From: Candidatus Latescibacterota bacterium
GTDB taxonomy: Bacteria; Latescibacterota; UBA2968
DNA: 64,000 nt
Assembly (NCBI GenBank): GCA_965222605.1
Contig: OZ244960.1
Coordinates: 5,152,001-5,216,000, forward strand
Direction: 5' to 3'
Shown here: positions 59,158 through 64,000 of the stretch, one piece after another
How the letters are laid out: every line of letters starts with the position of its first letter
How positions within the stretch are numbered: position 1 is the first letter of the stretch
The notes under the pieces: generated by a model
What the model saw: only the letters and a program-made list of their open reading frames with translations
Told to the model about the DNA's origin: nothing
Database searches by the model: none
Made by a program: the position numbers and the translations under genes

Positions 59158-60504
59158 CTACCTGGCCTCAGAAGCCCAGGTAGCGAGTTTTTCAACCGTA
59201 TCCACATTCGAATCCCGCCACCGATTGAGGAACTCGTCCACCTGCCCTGCCGCCTGATCTGCAGACAGCGCTCCGGCGAACAGGGACTGCACCGCCGGGA
59301 AAAGATTTTCCCGATCCATCTGAGGCGGCCAGTAGTTCTGATAATTTGTCATGCTCTCGCTCCCCATCCACGCGGCAATCGTGCGATCCTGTGACCGCAC
59401 AAGCCTGCTGCGATCGAAACGCTCGTCGGGTGGAATCGCTCCCGACAGGGCATGCATCCGATCCAGTCGTTCCGGGGTATGAAAGTAACAAAGCAGATCG
59501 GCCGCTTCTTCCTTGTGGTCCGACCACGAAGTCACAAGCAGCTGCTGTGCCGTATTCGGCATCCTACCCGCCAGCCTGCCGCTCCCGAACCTGGGAGGCA
59601 GCATGACACCCACGTTCTCCTCTCCCAGCATCTTGATGAAGTGGCTCACCTTGGTCTGGCCGGCAACGGCCATCGCCGCCTCTCCGGCCAGAAACAGGTT
59701 TTGAGCCTGATAGTATTCCAGCGAAGAGACATCCTGGTTGAAGACGCCCTTTCGAACCATCTCCTCCACGCGGTGCAGCCAGCTTGAATACAGAGGATCG
59801 GTAAACGGAACCTCGCCGGTAGCGGCCTTGAGAATATCGATAGAATCGTCCAATTCCTGCAAAATGAAGAGACTGCTAAAATTTCCAATACCACTCAGAC
59901 CCTTCACACCATACCCCCACGGCACAAAACCGGCAGCCCGCAGGCGATCTGCTGCCGACAGGAACGCATCCCAGGTGCGAGGCGGATGATCGGGATCCAG
60001 GCCCGCCCGGGCAAAAGCCGGCTTGCTGTAGACGAGCAGGAAGGGAAGCGCATACCAGGGGAGCCCGTAGACCTTCCCCTGAAAGGCGGTCTCCCGCAGA
60101 CTGCCGGGAAAAACAGGCTCCAGGTCGTCCTCGCTCAGCAGGTCGCTGATCGGATGCACATACCCCCGCCAGACGAACTGCATCGTGGATATCCCACCCC
60201 ACATATACTGAATATCGGGGCCCTGTCGGGCCTGTCCGGCGGAGGCAAATGACGGATAGAGCGATTCTGTAGCCTGCAGCACGGTTGCAATCTCAACGCC
60301 CGGATGCGCCGCCCTGTATCGGTGAACGGTCTCCCGCATCCACTGCTGCAGACCCGGCGCCTCCTGTTCGCCCCACCACCAGACGGTGAGATGAACCTCC
60401 GGTGCGGCCTGGACGCGGCCGGGCGTCAGCTGGGCAGCCAGAGACAGACCTGCCAGACCGGCAGTTGCTCGGCCGCTCCTTGCAAGGAACTCCCGCCGTG
60501 TCAT
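59158..60504 (-). CDS. Carbohydrate ABC transporter substrate-binding protein, Tat-exported
   Basis: Twin-arginine signal MTRREFL; GPDI, GKVYGLP, PPRTWD, FLAGEAAM. Confidence 0.92.
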   Translation of the reverse strand: MTRREFLARSGRATAGLAGLSLAAQLTPGRVQAAPEVHLTVWWWGEQEAPGLQQWMRETVHRYRAAHPGVEIATVLQATESLYPSFASAGQARQGPDIQYMWGGISTMQFVWRGYVHPISDLLSEDDLEPVFPGSLRETAFQGKVYGLPWYALPFLLVYSKPAFARAGLDPDHPPRTWDAFLSAADRLRAAGFVPWGYGVKGLSGIGNFSSLFILQELDDSIDILKAATGEVPFTDPLYSSWLHRVEEMVRKGVFNQDVSSLEYYQAQNLFLAGEAAMAVAGQTKVSHFIKMLGEENVGVMLPPRFGSGRLAGRMPNTAQQLLVTSWSDHKEEAADLLCYFHTPERLDRMHALSGAIPPDERFDRSRLVRSQDRTIAAWMGSESMTNYQNYWPPQMDRENLFPAVQSLFAGALSADQAAGQVDEFLNRWRDSNVDTVEKLATWASEAR

Positions 60505-61742
60505 TATAGCTCGTCCGAGTTCTGGTGTGCAGTAGGTAGCGGTCCAAACTGCTTGACGGCGTCGCTTCTGTCCACGATATCCGGCACCTGGACCGGCCTG
60601 CCCTCGTAGATCGACTGCACCGCACAGATCGCCCCAGCGCAGGAACGGGCGCTCTCATAGACGTTGCACGGCGGTTGATAGTCCTCCAGGATGGCATTCA
60701 CCAGATCCAGGTCGGCCAGGTACTCCGTGCCGCCGTGGCCTACCCTCTTGGAGATTTCCTCATCCACAATCAGCGGCGGCACCTCGATCTTCACCATCCC
60801 GTGTTCCGGCTGCTCCTTTGCAGCCCCGTCCTCCTGTTTGACGGACTCCGTGTACATCCACCCATAGACACCCCTGCTATAATTCGGATCTTCGTCGGCA
60901 AAGCAGCCATAGACACCCGGCCCATCGGGAGGATGGGGCAGACGGCCGGAGGTCTCCAGCGTGCCCTTCGTCCCGTACACGGCGGCATACTCTATCGTGG
61001 GCCGCTTCGGCCCCTTTGAACAGACGCATCGGGCAATCGCACCGCTCGCCGTTTTGAACAGCGCCACTTCGTGATCGTACACCTGTCGATAGGGCATATT
61101 CTTCTTGTTTCCGTACCCGAACACCTCGACAAATTGCTCTCCCATTAACCAGTACGCATTATCCACGGCATACAGACCGCCGCCGGCGTTGATCGATCCC
61201 TGGGCCAGTTCTCCCAGCCCCCATCGGAAGGTCGGAGAACCATCCTGCCGGACGGTAATTCCCCCGATGTCGTGGACATATTCCGTCTCCACATAATAGA
61301 TCTCCCCAAGCTTCCCCTGTTCGATCAACCGCTTCATATGCACCGTCGGTGCCATCCACCGGAGTTGATTGTCCATCTGGACCTTCAGATTGCGCCTTTC
61401 AGACATATACACAATCTTCCAGAGCGTCTCCAGGGACTGGTTCTCCATTGGCACCTCAACCATAACGTGCTTCCAGTGGTCCAGTGCCGCAAGGGTGTGC
61501 TTTCCGTGCAGGTGGCAGGGCGTGCAGAGGGCCACCAGGTCCACGTCCTTTTCGGCAAGCACATCGGCGTATCGGGTGGTCCACTTGCCAATGCCGTGTT
61601 CCTCTGCCGCGGCCCTGGCCCGCTCCTCAACGACATCGCAGACCATCACCACCTCCGTCTGATCGATGTACTCGTTAAACACCCGAACGTGTGCCCTCCC
61701 ATGGCCCATCCCGACCACAGCAACCTTCAATGTCTTTGCCAT
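60504..61742 (-). CDS. Gfo/Idh/MocA family oxidoreductase
   Basis: Motifs VAVVGMGHG, CTPCHLH, VEVP, GEIYYVETEYVH, GHGG. Confidence 0.9.
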   Translation of the reverse strand: MAKTLKVAVVGMGHGRAHVRVFNEYIDQTEVVMVCDVVEERARAAAEEHGIGKWTTRYADVLAEKDVDLVALCTPCHLHGKHTLAALDHWKHVMVEVPMENQSLETLWKIVYMSERRNLKVQMDNQLRWMAPTVHMKRLIEQGKLGEIYYVETEYVHDIGGITVRQDGSPTFRWGLGELAQGSINAGGGLYAVDNAYWLMGEQFVEVFGYGNKKNMPYRQVYDHEVALFKTASGAIARCVCSKGPKRPTIEYAAVYGTKGTLETSGRLPHPPDGPGVYGCFADEDPNYSRGVYGWMYTESVKQEDGAAKEQPEHGMVKIEVPPLIVDEEISKRVGHGGTEYLADLDLVNAILEDYQPPCNVYESARSCAGAICAVQSIYEGRPVQVPDIVDRSDAVKQFGPLPTAHQNSDEL

Positions 61743-61796
61743 CGCCTGTTTCTCCTTCTGATCATGGTCAACCGCTCAAGCGCGTGCCATAAGGCT

Positions 61797-63812
61797 TTAG
61801 TCTGCGTGGATATGGTGGCCGCTACCAGGGAACCAGATCGCATCCACGAGAATTGTCAGGGCGACTCCCAGCGCCCAGCCGACCAGGATGCCGATAAAAA
61901 ACGGCCTGGACCGCCTGTAGAGCGCCGCATCTCCGATCTTTATAAAGATCCATTTAAACGCCCAGGCCAGAAAGATGGAAAAGGTCATTCGGTAGCTGAA
62001 ATAGGTGGATGAAATCGCAAATCCAATCGGATGGATCGGCCAGCCGGAAAATCGATACCGCAAGAACGTCATCACAGCCATAACCCCGGCGCCGATCCAG
62101 AAGAACTGCAGCTTCTCCCAGTCGGTCGGAAATGGCGATTGCATATACACGACCACGTCGTTGAGGACCTTCGGCGCAGCGGAATTGATCTTCCAGGAGT
62201 TAAAGTTGTAGGCCCCGTGGGCATACCCCAGGTAAAGGGTTTCCCACACTGAGCAGAGCAGAGAAACAAACAGCGCCAGACCGGTGCAGACCAGAATTCC
62301 CTTCCTGGAACGTGCGGCCACATCCGCCACCTTTCCCACCTGGGTCAATACCGGCATGAACAGCCCCGTCCCCCGGGCCACTAAGGAGTATGTGAAGGTC
62401 AAGGCGGTCAGGGTGGCCCCCGAGGTCGTCTCGGTCCCCAGCACAAACAGCGTGGAATACTGCGCCGTCATTGGTGCCCGCACGTAAGCCAGGCCGGTCT
62501 CGGCCACGATTCTCGACACCCCGATGTAGATGACGAGAGTGGAAACCGTCAACACCAGTGCCATCTTGTAGCTCATCCCTGCGCTGTGTAGCCAGAAGAG
62601 AATGAATACTATACCCAGGATAAATCCAAACACGACGGTCCGATAGGACATCATCTCGTCGCCGTCCTCGGCGAGACTGGCATCCCCGAAGGCACCGCGC
62701 ACTATATTCTTCAGGTGGTGCCGCGCTGTCCATAGCACCCAGAACACCATACACCAGAACGCTCCCCAACACTGCCAGCCGGTGGCCGCGCTGTAGGACG
62801 ACCAGTACGCTCCTTCCCCAGCGCTGTAGCCGATGCGGTTGAAGATGGAGGCCTCGACAATAAAGATCAGAAAGAAGAACCAGATGCTGAACAGCACCTC
62901 TAAGTTCGCAAAAAAACCGAACGCCATCGCAAAAAAGTGGATGTTCAGGTTTATACCCGGCGCACCCTGGTAAAGAACCACGTTTCCTCCACCCAGGGGA
63001 ATGACCGGGAGGCCCGGGACAAGATAGGTCAGGATGTTCCAGCAGACGATCCCAAACGGAATCGCCACCCCGGCCCAGAACAGTTTTCCCTGCATGAACT
63101 CCGGCCTGAAGCCGACTGCTCCGGATTTCGTCGCCATCTCAATTCCGACACTCACCAGGGGGTAGCCCAGCTTCTCGTGGTGGGTCCACTGTCTTCTCAA
63201 TGCCACCACGATGCACGCCGAAACCAGCGTCACCGCCGCAATGAAACAGACCCACCAGAACAGGGGGACTACCCACACCTCCCAGGGAATACGCTCTCCT
63301 GCCGGCAAACCCTCGAAAAACCACGTCATCGCGCCGGTCTGGTCGGACGGGGCCAGCCAGTCGGAGATGTAGTTGTGAAAATATGGTTCCCACCGGTTCT
63401 CTGGCGTGGCAAAGTAGTACGGAGAGGAAATGATCGCCAGCCAAAAGCCCGTCAGTTGCCATGTCGGCAACACGCTCCCGGCCATCACCATCGCCAGGAT
63501 GATCAGCAGTTCGAAGGGCGAAAGCGGGCGCACAAAACCCAGACGGTCCAGAACGGCGTTCAAAACAACCAGGGCCAGGAAGCACAGAAAGGCAATCAGA
63601 GGAAAATGGCTCAAGTTGAGATACGAGGAGCGGATCACGTACTCGTCGTAGGTCAGAAACAGGCTGGCGAAGGCCGCGAAAAAAACGCCCAGAATCACCG
63701 ATCGAGCGGTAATCCCCTCCTTCTTCGCGGGTGCGGACAGATGCGTCTCATCTACGGCAGTCGATTCACTCGTCGCCCTGGAGGAAACGAAAACTGGTTC
63801 TCGGCTATTCAT
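61797..63812 (-). CDS. DUF6785/DUF6784-type polytopic membrane protein (OPT-like putative transporter)
   Basis: Motifs PYYFATPENRW, IPWEVWVVPL, LRRQW...EKLGYPL, RIVAETG, WPIHPIG, YRRSRPFFIG; many TMs. Confidence 0.8.
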   Translation of the reverse strand: MNSREPVFVSSRATSESTAVDETHLSAPAKKEGITARSVILGVFFAAFASLFLTYDEYVIRSSYLNLSHFPLIAFLCFLALVVLNAVLDRLGFVRPLSPFELLIILAMVMAGSVLPTWQLTGFWLAIISSPYYFATPENRWEPYFHNYISDWLAPSDQTGAMTWFFEGLPAGERIPWEVWVVPLFWWVCFIAAVTLVSACIVVALRRQWTHHEKLGYPLVSVGIEMATKSGAVGFRPEFMQGKLFWAGVAIPFGIVCWNILTYLVPGLPVIPLGGGNVVLYQGAPGINLNIHFFAMAFGFFANLEVLFSIWFFFLIFIVEASIFNRIGYSAGEGAYWSSYSAATGWQCWGAFWCMVFWVLWTARHHLKNIVRGAFGDASLAEDGDEMMSYRTVVFGFILGIVFILFWLHSAGMSYKMALVLTVSTLVIYIGVSRIVAETGLAYVRAPMTAQYSTLFVLGTETTSGATLTALTFTYSLVARGTGLFMPVLTQVGKVADVAARSRKGILVCTGLALFVSLLCSVWETLYLGYAHGAYNFNSWKINSAAPKVLNDVVVYMQSPFPTDWEKLQFFWIGAGVMAVMTFLRYRFSGWPIHPIGFAISSTYFSYRMTFSIFLAWAFKWIFIKIGDAALYRRSRPFFIGILVGWALGVALTILVDAIWFPGSGHHIHAD

Positions 63813-64000
63813 AACCTATCTGCCCCAATGTCCATACCAGTATCTTCCCACAGATCAAGGCCTAACAGTGTTCGTCCCAGGGGAGACAGTTTCGCTGTCC
63901 GGCCAAGTTCGTGTTCCTTTTCTCTGCGAAGTTCCCAGCGCTTACCGGTTACTTCGATAACCAGACCCGCCAGACGATCTCGCCAGGCGTCAATCCGATG
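63809..64000 (-). CDS. 3' end of an unidentified CDS entering from beyond the window
   Basis: 64 open codons (HRIDAWRDRLAG...GADRL*) whose TGA overlaps the next ATG (ATGA). Confidence 0.45.
   Translation of the reverse strand, partial: HRIDAWRDRLAGLVIEVTGKRWELRREKEHELGRTAKLSPLGRTLLGLDLWEDTGMDIGADRL

Noticed and set aside
56220-59394. Long plus-strand ORFs (392 aa, 482 aa) and similar antisense ORFs elsewhere (e.g. 13-570, 1608-2573, 19002-20075, 51314-52459)
   Set aside because: Shadow frames opposite well-supported genes, with no recognisable motifs.

Overview
64-kb bacterial chromosomal window that is almost entirely protein-coding (about 45 genes). I found no rRNA, tRNA, CRISPR array, transposase, integrase or phage genes. 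The gene content includes secreted proteins with a C-terminal FlgD-Ig/'NPFNP' sorting domain, TPR and CRTAC1 (FG-GAP + ASPIC/UnbV) proteins, a DUF6785-type membrane protein, a sulfatase and many sugar-acid dehydratases/oxidoreductases. This suggests an FCB-group heterotroph such as a Latescibacterota/Gemmatimonadota-like, possibly sponge-associated, organism (inference). The window is a compositional mosaic: GC-rich minus-strand catabolic blocks at about 1-4.9 kb and 47.6-64 kb flank a lower-GC core with small AT-rich inserts. Most interesting items: (i) a complete sigma-54 promoter architecture (two TGTA-N10-TACA enhancer boxes, an IHF site and a -24/-12 box) upstream of a three-gene operon of uncharacterised exported proteins (26.2-31.1 kb); (ii) a three-gene module of a lectin-like membrane-anchored protein, an atypical MotA/TolQ/ExbB and an ExbD-like protein, at the end of a nagA/sugar-acid operon with no TonB or TonB-dependent receptor; (iii) a 16-kb operon joining sugar ABC uptake with TPR/CRTAC1 proteins; (iv) a PARIS-like ATPase+TOPRIM pair with a frameshifted effector, and a HEPN pair; (v) a 154-bp MITE with TIRs, a TSD and an internal REP-like palindrome; (vi) an AT-rich methyltransferase bracketed by a duplicated terminator; (vii) several frameshifted or internally deleted genes. 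All family assignments are from motif recognition by eye; no database searches were run.
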